Shown here piece by piece: positions 13,704 through 25,634 of a stretch of DNA of 64,000 nt; the stretch's first letter is position 1, and the number at the start of each line of letters is the position of its first letter. The translations under genes and the position numbers were made by a program. Below the pieces are notes generated by a model. That model saw only the letters and a list, made by a program, of their open reading frames with translations, ran no database searches and was not told where the DNA came from. Source of the stretch: Octopus vulgaris (Eukaryota); NCBI GenBank assembly GCA_951406725.2, contig OX597820.1, positions 84,940,001-85,004,000 on the forward strand. Direction: 5' to 3'.

Positions 13704-16700
13704 CAAATCACAATATAAGTGAGAGTAACTTTATAATCTTGAAAAAAATATTTATAACATGGGGTACGAAATAGTTGCACTCATTATATAGTGTTATTCA
13801 TCCCTCAATTTTCAAACGTCTTGCATATTAGAGAATAAGTGTATATTGTTAAGACAGTGTTTTATGAAATTCTTGTCGAAGTCGTTATTATATTTTTGAA
13901 GTAGGTACTTGACGACAGCAATCATATTTTCCAGGTAAACCACCAAAGCTAATTTTTCTTTAGTCCGAAATTTATCATGCGTGTTTCAATTGCTCGTTCA
14001 TAAGGCTAGGTTGTATGCGCTTCTTTTCATATTTGAACGTCTTTTTAGACGCGTGGCGAATTGAGAGGATTTACTTAAACTTTCTACATTCTGAGTTCTA
14101 ATTTACGCCGCAATCGATTTCGACATTTTTTCGCTTTTGGGCTCGATAAGAATGTTGCAATTAAGGGCAGTAGAATAGTAGCACTGTTAAAATATCAAAG
14201 CGGATACTTTGCAGTATTTATCACGGCTCTTAATCCCTGATTTCAAACCGTGCAATGATGTCAGACATAGACTATCAAATGATAGAAAAACTCATCCTTC
14301 CGACTAAAATATAAAATTGCTTTTATCATTAAGCTGTATTTCATTGACACCTTGACTTATTATTTTGTGATAATTATATTATTAATTAATATTGTGTTTG
14401 AGTAAGGGGAAAGTGGGATGTCTTAGTTTCTGTTCGTCTCTATCTGGATGAATTCAGTGTTGGAAGTATTAGTAGATTCTCTCATTCGTATCTGAAAACA
14501 TGCCTGTTGTTGCTAATTTACGTATAGAATCAGATAGTAGCATTTATTAAAATTTTCCATAAAGTCCAAATTCACAGCTGATGTCTTTTATGAAGTGTGT
14601 CGTATGCAATATGCAGAACTTTATGGTTAAAGAAATTATATTCGACTTTGTACTTATGTGCTTCTTGATGAAATAAGTAGGATGCAAGTTTTATTTAGGT
14701 TCGTCAATGAAAGTTTTAGTGAGAAATAACAGTTTATTACTCCCGTGCTACTACTACGTGTCCGAAACTGATGCTTCTAAGGTTGATCGAATGAAAGGTG
14801 AGACATTAGTAGATCAGAAATTAGTTCTCAGATAATTTTCATTTAGCTTTGCTGATAATGCGACACTTTAAGCAAGTATCTTGTGCTTTAGCCCCAGTTT
14901 ATCTAAAGCCTTTGAAGTAAAATTTTTTACTGAAATTTCACTCAGGTGGCTTTTCGTTTCTTACCTGACTGATTAAATCCATCATACCTTTAAATAATTG
15001 TATTTACACTTCTGGTACTTTTGACAGTCGAAACTGTACTTCATATTACCGACGAATTCCCAGTTTCGTTACCAGCTATACACAGACACAAGATGAAATG
15101 GAATGTCAGTGGCCCTCCTCCTTCTTCTGAATAAGATACTTAAAATCTTGTTAGCTTGTTAACGTTGAAGCTACTGCCGTGGAAAGTGGAAAATGAAGAT
15201 CGATTAGTCATTAGCACTATTAATATCATTTCGCGATACTCCATGTTTACACACTAAGTGATAATGTACGGTAATTTGTTAATGCCCAATACAAAAGAAA
15301 TATATATTCGTTTTGGACCTAAAATGCAATTAGTCTTTCATTATATATTCTTTATGCAAAATCAATTCGTAGTGAAAGTTTTAGGCTAGTGTTTCAATTA
15401 TTTTCCTGGTCTCATTGCTATGAAACAAAGTGGAATTTTGGAAAGTAGTTTTGTTTTAATAAAGCAAGAAGTGCTTACTTTTATGCATAAATAAATCGTA
15501 CGTTTCACTGAAATCATCCTTAATATTTGCAATATCGTGGCCAATATAATATAATAATACAATATCGTGGCCAGTGTAATATAATAAGCTCACTGTATGC
15601 TAATTCTCCGTTGGATAGGTTCAACTGTGTTGAACCAATTAGCAAAGGCTGTGGTTACCTTGGCGAAATTTCATATGTGGATGTAAGGAATTGTAAAATA
15701 TACACAAAACTCTTATCTTCCAGCATTCTCACAATTCAAAACCACCATCCTGTAACCCGAAAATAAGAAGGGATGGAGAAAAATTCTTGAATAAAATAAA
15801 ATGAATTTTATCATCGACTAGTCATTTTCTTTTCTTGAAGTATATAAGTAATTTGATGCTAATGCAGACTTTGTTCAGATACGTGCAAAATTTCATATAC
15901 TGCGTACTATTAATTAAATATCGTTTGCTATTCAGCACTAAGTGGGCACATTCTCTTCTTTTCTGTTCTTTTTATTAGATTTGGAGTGTGATCGATGATA
16001 GTATCGTAATGAATTTTTTATAGAAAATGGTACGGTAAATGAACCTGCCCACACATATACTGCTGTTTTAAACAATTCCCAGAAAGATAAAAAAAAGAGA
16101 GTAATAGAGTGCGTAAGAGAAGGGTGATAAAGAAAGAGTAAAAAGAGATAAACTATTTAAAAAAAAAAAATTGCAGACCTCTTTGTTATATTAGTACTTT
16201 ATTTACCAGGACCTGAATTGTGAAATTCATACTTGATTTCAATGACATTTGAACATAGAACATAAGGTGCCAGATAATGTTCTGTAACTTATTCTTCGTT
16301 GATCTCAGGTTTCTAGCATTCAATAGCATTTCTATATTATAGAATATATTTTTCTCATGAATGTTTGTTTTTATTTTTTTTTTTTTAATATGTTGCACCT
16401 AACTTTTTCCTCCTGTTTATATTAGAGCAAATAAATGAGAGCTTCGAATTCACAAACTCCTCTTCGTAAATAAACATGAACTACTCTTGCTAGGGTATGC
16501 CATGTCCGACTTAATCATAATATATAGAACGAATCTATTGACAATCATTGCTCCTAGCAGAACTCATTACAAAAGTAAACACAAAAAAAAAAAAGAAATA
16601 CAAATGGGGAAAAAATAAAATTGAATAAGCGAACAAAAATCTATTTGGTAGGTAAACGTATTGTGAATAGCAATGACAGTACAGGAATTGTAAATATTTA

Positions 16701-17931
16701 TGTTTGCTTTCACTTTCAGGACTTATATTTAAGCGACAGGTTATATTTTGCAAAAGTGAAGCCCGTAATAGCCAAAAGCTATCAGTTTATACAAACAAAC
16801 ATACTACTGCATTCTTCTATGATGGTTTTAAGTGAAATCACTGCTATCAACCATTCAAATATAGGATGGTTTAAGTAGATAAACATTTGTAAAAGACAGC
16901 CTTATATTAATGGATCAGCATGCATGTATACAAGATAATGTTTGGCTTCTGTGTGTATATATATACATGTGAGTGTGTGCGTGCGTATATATATATATAT
17001 ATGCATACATGCGTACATGTGCATATGTGTATGTACGTTTGTGTATGTATTCTTGTCTGATTGAATGTGTATATGTATGTATGCGTGTGTATATGTATGA
17101 GTGCGTGTGTATTTGTATGTACATTACACCATGGGTGGCTTCAACTGAATCCACAGAATCCACGGAATCCAATCTGTTACAAGTCTGAGCACAGTTTTCC
17201 CATTTGAGGATATCTTTCTGCCTTGTTCTCGCCAAAGTGGGAGATTTTTGTAACGGTTCACAGACACTACAATCACACCAATCTCAAAAATTTTAAACTG
17301 GTGTGTTTGCGTGCGTGCGTGCGTGTATGTGTATGTGTGCGTGTGTTTGTGTGTGTGTTTGTGTGTGAATATGTTCTGTATTTGTATTTCAGCACGGTAT
17401 TTCTCTCGGTTGAACTTGCCTTATGACATTATGACATCTTACACGTTAGACTTCAAATATTTCTGTAGTAATCGACTTTGATTCAAAATGATTTTTGCAG
17501 CTGATGATGATGTTTTTCTTCTCATGACATGAGCAGAGTAGGAAGTGTAGCACACGTGATACCTTTGCAACGTATACTTGACAGCTGAGCAAAAAAAATT
17601 AATTTACTTCATAGAACAGATATATGACACACGCGTTTGCTGCACTTTGCGTTAATAATATGTAAAGCTTAGTAGCAGCAATTATTCCTTCTTATTGTTA
17701 ATGAAGTATCTCACTAAAAACAATAGGAAGAAATATATGAAAACGAACACCTTATAAAATAGATACTATATCAATTTAAAATTTAAAATATAACGGAGAT
17801 GTACTTGCATAGCAAGTGATCTGATCTGAGATCGTGTGCTGGAACGAAAACAATTGCAGCGTGGAAGGTGTTTATAAGCTTTCTAATAAACACACAAAAA
17901 CCGTTAGATTCACTTCACCATTTAAATTTAA

Positions 17932-17982
17932 TTTGTCAAAATATTTTCGTCGCTTTGAGACCGCGACCTGTTAGCTGACAAA
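17932..17982 (-). ncRNA. Decayed hammerhead motif with G3/C8 core
   Basis: TTTGTCA GCTAACA G GTCGC ggtctcaaa GCGAC GAAA ATAT TT TGACAAA. 7 bp helix I, 5 bp helix II, palindromic helix III AATATT. Core positions 4-5 are non-canonical. Confidence 0.6.
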
Positions 17983-18119
17983 ATTCCGTACAGCGTCTCA
18001 AGTATTTCTCTGCGAAGAATTAAGAAAACGCACTACCTAGGCAATGGAATAATGCAACTAAAACTGCGAATTTTCATTTCGATCAGAGGTTCATGTACGT
18101 GCACTTCAGTGTAATAATG

Positions 18120-18530
18120 GTTTCAAATTTTGGCAAAATAGCTGAAAATTCTGGAACAGGTAAAAAGGCGATTACATATTCCCCAGTGCACAACTAGTAT
18201 TTATTTTAAGCAACTGAGAAGAGGAAACGTAAGTTTGGCCTCACTGGAATTTGAACTTCGCTAAGCATTTCTCCCGGCCTGATAACGATTCTGAACAGTT
18301 TGCTATCTTATCAATGTAATGTAATAGCCCTTTCTATTATAGGTACAATACATGAAATTGGATGTAGGGATAGTCAACGGTGTCAACTTCAATATTCAAC
18401 TGGTACTTATTTTATCAAATCTGAAGTATAAAAGGCAATGTAGATTATGAAGGAATTTGAACTCAGAAGGCAAAGACGAACGAAATGTTGCTAAACCCTG
18501 TGCCCAACGTGTTAACGATCCTTCCATGTA
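18120..18530 (-). mobile_element. Two decayed SINE family B copies in tandem
   Basis: Both carry ggaatttgaact and aact(g/a)gta(c/t)ttatttta, matching the better copies at 38212 and 44829. Confidence 0.55.
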
Positions 18531-19287
18531 ATAATGAAGTTTATTAATATAAGTAGGTACCAAAATGAAACTAAAATTTACTATATTCAGCATAACATGA
18601 AAGGAGATATATAGACAACTTCAACTTAGAGCTAGTGTCCTTGATAATAATTTATGTACTTAGTCGATAATTGTTAGTTTACTCAAAATATGATATCAAA
18701 TACGCTACAAAAATTAATCATTTCAAAGCAGATGGTAGGGTACAAATAAATCAAACTGGTATTTAATATCACTGGAAATACATTATTTTAGAAGGTATCA
18801 TTTTTTAAATCTATATCTTCTATTCTTAGCGGTTGTTATTTTTCCTGTGAATTTAATTGCATCTCCATCCATTACCAATTCATTATGTCTATATTTATTC
18901 CGTGTTCTACAAATATAGCAACAGTAAAACTTTATTTGAACTGATAGTAAACTTAACTGATATACAGCAGCGGGGACAACTTCCGAGTAAAAAAAAATTA
19001 GCATTTGATACGGAAAAAATATTATTGTAAATATTATAATACAAGGAAGATTGACAATGAGAGAAATTAAATTGTTATAATTTCTGTTTGGAAAGATAGA
19101 CTATGATCTAGTGTCTTCTACTATTAGGTCAACGACGATGAAAGTGCCGGAAGTAAATTTAGGAGTCTGAAACTGTATAGATGCTTGTCTTATATACACA
19201 TGCACATACTAACACACATAAGTACATACAGACATACATACAGGAAACAGTACATTATTAGTGTCATTATTATTAGTATCATTATGT

Positions 19288-19359
19288 GAGAGAGCAGTGC
19301 ATGCCATCAAAGTGACACTAGGGTAAAATATACGAAGCCCAGTATACCCATCATGACTA

Positions 19360-19360
<1 letters not shown>
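19288..19360 (-). mobile_element. Terminal fragment of the ~570 bp (AAT)n-associated element
   Basis: gagagcagtgcatgccatcaaagtgacactagggtaaaatatacgaagcccagtataccc, also at 22251 and 43062, followed by (ATT)n. Confidence 0.8.
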
Positions 19361-19430
<70 letters not shown>

Positions 19431-19439
19431 CATATATAC

Positions 19440-19476
<37 letters not shown>

Positions 19477-19727
19477 CATCTCTATGTATGTATTTATCTA
19501 TAACTTTATATTTTACTTGTTTCACTCAACAGGCTGCAGCTATGCTAGGGTGACCGTTTGTCAAGTACCGTTTGATGACACTGAGAAGATGAGCGAAGCT
19601 ATGACAAAGGTCCTGGTTACTTTCCTTCTAGAGGGCTTCCTTGGGATCGTACAGTTCTATATTTAAGATATTAGGAAGTATGTACATTATTTGCATCGGG
19701 TATTTGTCGTTATCTTGTTTTTTGTTA

Positions 19728-19771
19728 ACACAACGTTTCGGCTGATATACGCCCCAGCCTTCATCAGGTGT
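19728..19771 (-). ncRNA. Intact minimal type I hammerhead ribozyme motif
   Basis: ACAC CTGATGA A GGCTG gggcgtatat CAGCC GAAA CG TT GTGT. Canonical core, helix I ACAC/GTGT, helix II GGCTG/CAGCC, palindromic helix III ACGT. Confidence 0.85.
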
Positions 19772-19836
19772 CCTGGGGAAATTTCGAACCTGGGTTCTCA
19801 TTCCTAAGGTAATTTTCGATGTTATTGTTGTTGTTG

Positions 19837-19935
<99 letters not shown>

Positions 19936-19993
19936 TCACTACCTGGAATCGAACTCGGATTATTGGGGTTAGTAGCCCGAGCTCTTAGCCCAC

Positions 19994-20068
19994 GGGCATA
20001 TGGTGTAGTGGTAAGAGCGCGGGCTACTAACCCCAAGATTCCGAGTTCAATTCCAGGCAGTGACCTGA
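19994..20068 (+). promoter_or_regulatory. tRNA-derived head with Pol III A and B boxes
   Basis: A box TGGTGTAGTGG, anticodon-like arm GGG-CTACTAA-CCC, B box GAGTTCAATTCC. No acceptor stem. Inverted partial copy at 19931-19987. Confidence 0.8.
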
Positions 20069-20105
20069 AAATATTACTACTACTACTACTACTACCACCA
20101 CCACC

Positions 20106-20150
<45 letters not shown>

Positions 20151-20179
20151 GCTGTTACTACTACTACTACTACTACTAC

Positions 20180-20230
<51 letters not shown>

Positions 20231-20949
20231 CAGCAACAGCAACAAAAACAACCTTAGGAATGAGAACCGAGGTTAGAAATTTCCGAAAGACACCTCTATG
20301 TGTATGTAAGCCAAAAAGTTGTGTTGACAACAAACAAGATGAGGACAAGTATCCGTCAAATGTAAATAATGCAAATAATGTTCCTCGGGATCTTCACGGA
20401 GCGACTGGGAGCTACAGCAGCTGCATTGACGCGTTGAAGTCAGAGGCTTCTACTTTCAAGGAGATTAGAGCTTTATACTTCTCTGAAATAAAATCTATAT
20501 TTGTGTTGAAAGTCTCAAAGGGTCTGGAATGCACCGTTTGTATATGTGTGCGTGCGTGTGTGTGTGTGAATGTGTTTATGTGTCTGTGCGTGCATGCGTG
20601 CGTGCGTGTGAGTATGTGCGCGTACATGTGTTTGTGGTGTTTCTCTCTTTCCCGTATTTGATTGTTCTAAGCAATTCTATTTATCAGCGTGTTCCTTTCC
20701 AAACCTTTCCGAGTGAACAGACTGTACAATCTTTATTTTCGACATCAGTCAGTATTACTTCCATGAACTTAACAAATGAATAACGTTTCCATTTCTGTCA
20801 AGAAATAACATCCTCTACTTCGATTTGAAGGTATTTATTTCATAGAATATATTTTTGAAATATAGCATTCCTAATAGATTTGAACTTATTTCCTGTCTGT
20901 TTAAATTTGGACCACGATATAGACACTTGTCCACCTAATATTTTCTGAT

Positions 20950-21900
20950 GCATGTATATATTAATAGTTTCTTTAAGTATTTCATAACACTGTTAGAAAC
21001 AATAGTGAAAATAAAGCTGCAGAATGATGTCTGAGGATGCTTTGGTTCTCGACTTAGCCTCCACGTATGTCTTACTTAATAATCATTTCAAGAATTAGCT
21101 TCGATATTTTCTTTAATGCGGTATTTGTTATGCATCGTATGCCATAAAATTTCATTCTCCAATTTGAGCATTGGAATTTCCAGCTTGTACTTCGATTTTG
21201 CTTTCATATATTTTTAGCTTCTCTCCTTTCTTCCAGCTATTGAGTATCAAAGGGCATGTTCGTCTTCGATTTAGTACGGTATTCTGTAGTTTCATTTTAA
21301 AGCTAGATTTTAGCTTTTACTATGCTAATGTTTCTTCTTTCAGCCCACTCGCGTTAGCAACATCAAAGCATGTATATTACGCTTTGTGCATCTTTGGATA
21401 TAAAACAAAATATTTGTATCGTTAAATTCTTATTTTTGTGTCTTTAAAGGAGATTTTCGTTATTCGTTATTATGCAAGGTGTAATACCTCCCTTAAATAC
21501 AGTATAATTCTTTTAGTTGCGTAAGGCCCCTACCAACCAGCAATTTAGGGAAATATATTCTGTACATATCAATTCATCCTTGGTATATACTTATTGTATT
21601 ACTTTTCTGTTCGTTTTCTTCTACCTTCTTTGCTAGCACCTTTAGCATTCAGATCAGTATATAACAGATGTAAAACTGAATAGTAAATTCATTTTTTTTG
21701 TTTTTCATATTTATCTGTTTTCATTTTTTACTCTAAGATATCGAAATTATTCCATCACTGTATTACTTGTTCACGTTGAACCCTTCTATTTATTCTCTGA
21801 TTTCTCAAGGCTTATATGTTGCAATTCTCTAATACCAATTTCCCTGTCTCACGTGATATTCCTTGATATATTTTCGCCACTTCCCTCTTTTAATTATATA
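20950..21900 (-). mobile_element. Very old LINE remnant (possible AP endonuclease region)
   Basis: Minus-strand gatctgaatgctaaa (DLNAK, cf. GDLNAKVG) near 21640-21656 in purine-rich coding-like sequence. Heavily decayed. Confidence 0.3.
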
Positions 21901-22009
21901 TATTTACTTCATCTTTTCCACTTCTCCTAGTCGTAGTCGTCCATTTTCTACCTTTCATTGTGCTTCTAATTGAGTGTGTGCATGTGTATGTGTGTGTGTG
22001 TTTATGTTG

Positions 22010-22210
22010 TAAAATCGTTAGCAGGCCGGGTGAAATGCTAGGTGGCATCTCGTCCTTCAGCTATGCTCAGAGTTCAAATTCCACCGGGGTCGATTTTGAC
22101 TTTCATCCTTTCGGGGTCGATTACATACGTATCAGCTACGCATTATGTTCGATGAAATTGACTAGCCCATTCCCCACAAGTTTCAGGCATTCTGCCTATA
22201 GTATAAGGGA
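22010..22210 (+). mobile_element. SINE family B copy
   Basis: gagttcaaattccaccggggtcgattttgactttcatcctttcggggtcgat matches 44829-45058. Confidence 0.75.
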
Positions 22211-22250
22211 TTATTATTATTATTATTGTTATTGTTATTATTATTGTGTG

Positions 22251-22460
22251 GGAGAGCAGTGCATGCCATCAAAGTGACACTAGGGTAAAATATACGAAGC
22301 CCAGTATACCCGTCTGATAAGGGTACAGTAGGCACATGCAGCCCAACCATATGTGCACGACATGGTGATCTCATATCAAGATAAACAGCACATGACCTTG
22401 CAGGTGAGGCCCAGTTAGAATTTTCTTTTCGTCGAGTAACACATCCCGCTCAGAAGGTCT
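22251..22460 (-). mobile_element. Partial ~570 bp (AAT)n-associated element
   Basis: Collinear with 43062-43270. Confidence 0.8.
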
Positions 22461-23104
22461 TGCCTGAGATGCTCGTAGAGCGACAAAACTGTTCTTTATG
22501 CTCTCATTCAGTGTTCGAGCATTGTTGACCTACGGGTTTACGTCGAACACCTGCAGTTGGGGGTAGAATGGATTCGGCTATTGGCAGGGCGAGTTTGTGA
22601 CAATTGCCCTGCCTCTTTACTTTAGCCGGCAGTGCTTTTTACTCTGGTGCGTTAACAAGATATGTTTTGTGATGGACTGTGCTGAAAGGGCTGAAGATAC
22701 ACAGTTTTCTTTTTGACCAAGCCTTTAATCTGCTTATTTTTTTAAGTTCTACTTGAAAAGAAAAATGCGAGTAGTGAGGGATGTACTGTCTTCGAGCAAT
22801 TCTGGTAATAGGTTGATCAATTTAGCGCCAATGGTACGAGTGAACGGGTCGATTCTAAGCATGCACATCTAGCTCAAGAGTAGATTAAGATAAGATTGCC
22901 ATAGGTTTTGGGGATGTTTTTAAGAGCAACCCTTGGAAGTCTCCCTCTTTTGGGTATTTGAATTGTTAGAATATTTTTTATTATTACTATTCTGTTTACG
23001 CGTTTTAATCTAACTTAATTTGTATGGTACTCTCCTCTACCGCCCACAATATTTCATGTGAACCCTCAGTGGTTAATAAAGAAAAATGTTGTTGTTGCTC
23101 TTGT

Positions 23105-23480
23105 TAAGGCGGTGGTCTTTCTATTGCACTGTGAAAATGTTTGCGGCATTTCTTCCCAATTCACATCCTCAGTTCATATTCTGCCGTGGTCGACAATGCT
23201 TTTCATCATTTTAGGATCGATAAAATAAGTACCTCGTTCAACACTGGGTCTTTCTAATCGACTTAGCCCTTACCTAGAAATTTTTGGCCGTACGCCAAAA
23301 TTAGAAACCATTGTTATTATTATTAAGGCGGTGAGCTGGTGGAAACTTTAGTACGACGGTGAAAATGCTTCGCAGCATTTTCCCGTCGTTTCGCTCGGAG
23401 TTCATATTCTACCGAAGTCGACATTTATGTCCGATGAAATACCTGTTCTGTACTAAGCTATGTAAATTATGCCTTCAGTA
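23105..23480 (+). mobile_element. Two decayed SINE family B copies in tandem
   Basis: taaggcggtg..., agttcatattct(g/a)ccg..gtcgac repeated twice. Confidence 0.6.
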
Positions 23481-23631
23481 GAAACAATTGTTAATAATAA
23501 TGATGTTTTCTTGAATTAACCATACCGGCTAATCAAAAGTGGCTTCAAAAGGAAGCCAACGCTTTGTATGCGGGTTTACATTAAAAACGAAAGGAAAGAA
23601 AGTGAAAATTCAGTGAATTCAGATGACTATA

Positions 23632-24820
23632 TAATGGGGTTATCCCATAAATAATGTGCTTCTTTTTCAATTGCATGAACTAAAATTCGTAGGTGGATGA
23701 GATAAACTACCTGCATCAACTTGCTATAAACTCAAGTAGTAATTGTACATTGTCCTTAGTGCAAATTTTGAAGAGGCAGGTCAATTTTAACAGTTATTTT
23801 TTCAAAGCTATAATGGAAATGACAAAGGGGCATATTCGGCATAGTTGGCTTTATGAGCTGAATAAAAGCAACAAGGCAACGGAAAGTACAAGGCATATTA
23901 TAGCAGTATAGTGAGATCGAATAATAAGCGTAAGCTAGTGTCAACAGTGGTTCCAGAAATTCCGAGCCCCAAACTACAATCTAGAAGACGAATCTCGTCC
24001 TGGAAGATCTCTAGAGCTCGCCGAGGACGTCCTTTTGTGAAACTACCCGGGAAGATTGGATTTTATCATTTAACCATTCATCGACACCATCGGAAAAATC
24101 GCCAAATTCGGTCACTGGGTTCTTCACGAACTTTCGAAATCGAATAGCGCGCAGAGAGTGAGTGCGTGCTCTTCTTTGCTGTCACGTGTCTCAAATTGAA
24201 CTCTTTAAGACCAAATAGTGACTGATGACGAGAAATAAGTTCTCTATAAAATGTGAAGTGTTTCAGGCAGTGGGTAGGGAAAGGAGAAACGTTGGTACAT
24301 CAGGCTAAAGAAGGTCTTCATCCACGTAAATTGTTATTATCTGTTTGGTTGTATACGAAAAGTTTAGTACACATAAAACACTTAAACCCAAATCAAACGA
24401 AAAAGAAGAAAAACGACCATCTTTCGTTTCAAGGCGAAAGGTTATCTTCTATCAGGATAATAATGCTCGACCTCATACAGCGAGGATGACGTTCAAAAAG
24501 CTGGAGCAGTTTGAATGGGAGACTTTACCCCACCCACTATATTCGCAGGTTATTGCCCTAAATGATAATCATTTATTCCGCAGTCTTCACAATCATTTGG
24601 ACAGAAAAATATGAAGTCTTTAGACAAGGTCAGAACAATACTGGAGTAGTATTTTTCGTCACAGACTAGTGAAGTGTGGAAGAGGGGCCTTCCAAGTCAA
24701 CCAGATAGATGGAAGAGCGTTATAGAAAATGAAGGAGAGTATGTTTTAGATTGAACAACTTTGTTTTTCTTAATTTTGAAAAGAAATATCAATAAACGCA
24801 CGATTATGGATGACCCAATA
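23632..24820 (+). mobile_element. Mariner (DD34D-type) transposon, near full length, defective
   Basis: Decayed TIRs (taatggggttatcccataaataatgtgc / gcacgattatggatgacccaata). Motifs IVTDDEK, GLHPRKLLLSVW, QDNNARPHTA, ETLPHPLYSQVIALNDNHLFRSLHNHL (cf. HPPYSPDLAPSDYHLF). Confidence 0.9.
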
Positions 24821-25299
24821 CATAGTACTCAAACTGATTACTTTAGTAATGCAGTTCTATTGATACGTGCGAAACCCCAGTTGAGTTCACACAAAGGAAG
24901 ACATAGAACCAGGATTAACTTGACAATCCAAGTACGAGTACCCTTCTAAAACTTATTCTCTACTCTACCAATTTTGACACAGTTACTCACCTTATAATAA
25001 ATTTACTGGGAGGTGTCTTATCCCGGTGCACCTTCACTTTCCATTCCAGGTAGAACTTAAAATCAGTTTCAATAAGAGCTTCAAGGGAGAAGAAATTGTA
25101 TTTTCTTTCATCTTTACAGCTTCTTCCAGTACACATTCCCCTTCACTATAACCACTGTTCAGTAGAACACTGCCTCTCCTGCCACGCTGATTTCGTCCGA
25201 TAGCCGCATTCATCCTACAAACGACGGAGACATAAGATAATATTCTCTTTTTAAAATTATTCATCTTGTACTACAATTAAGTAAAAGCAGCGTAATGGC

Positions 25300-25408
25300 A
25301 GAATCGCTAAGTTAAGGGTCATAAATACGCCAACATCGGTTGTAAAACGATGGTGGGAGGACAAACACAGACACACGCACATGCATACATACATACATAC
25401 GTACATAC

Positions 25409-25474
<66 letters not shown>

Positions 25475-25634
25475 ACGGGCGTCTTTCCGTCTCCGTCTGC
25501 CAAATCCACTAAAAAAAGGCTTTAGTCGACCTGAGGCTATAGTAGAAGACACCTGCCGAAGATCCCATGCAGTGGGACTGAATCCGGAATCATGTGGTTA
25601 GGAAGCTTCTTACCACTCAGCTACGCCTGCGCCT
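25300..25634 (-). mobile_element. SINE family A copy
   Basis: Head aggcgcaggcgtagctgagtggtaagaagcttcc...ggattcagtcccactgc with an internal (TA)n/(TG)n tract. Confidence 0.8.

Larger units (their letters stand above)
19651..20385. mobile_element. Palindromic tRNA-head/(AAT)n/hammerhead element, copy 1
   Basis: Inverted arms around gcccACgggc (~19992). Each arm runs outward as tRNA-like head, trinucleotide tract, linker, HHR. Second copy at 53724-54400. Confidence 0.9.

Noticed and set aside
15530-15587. ~30 bp tandem duplication (similar ones at 30959-31006 and 17146-17170)
   Set aside because: Ordinary slippage duplications.
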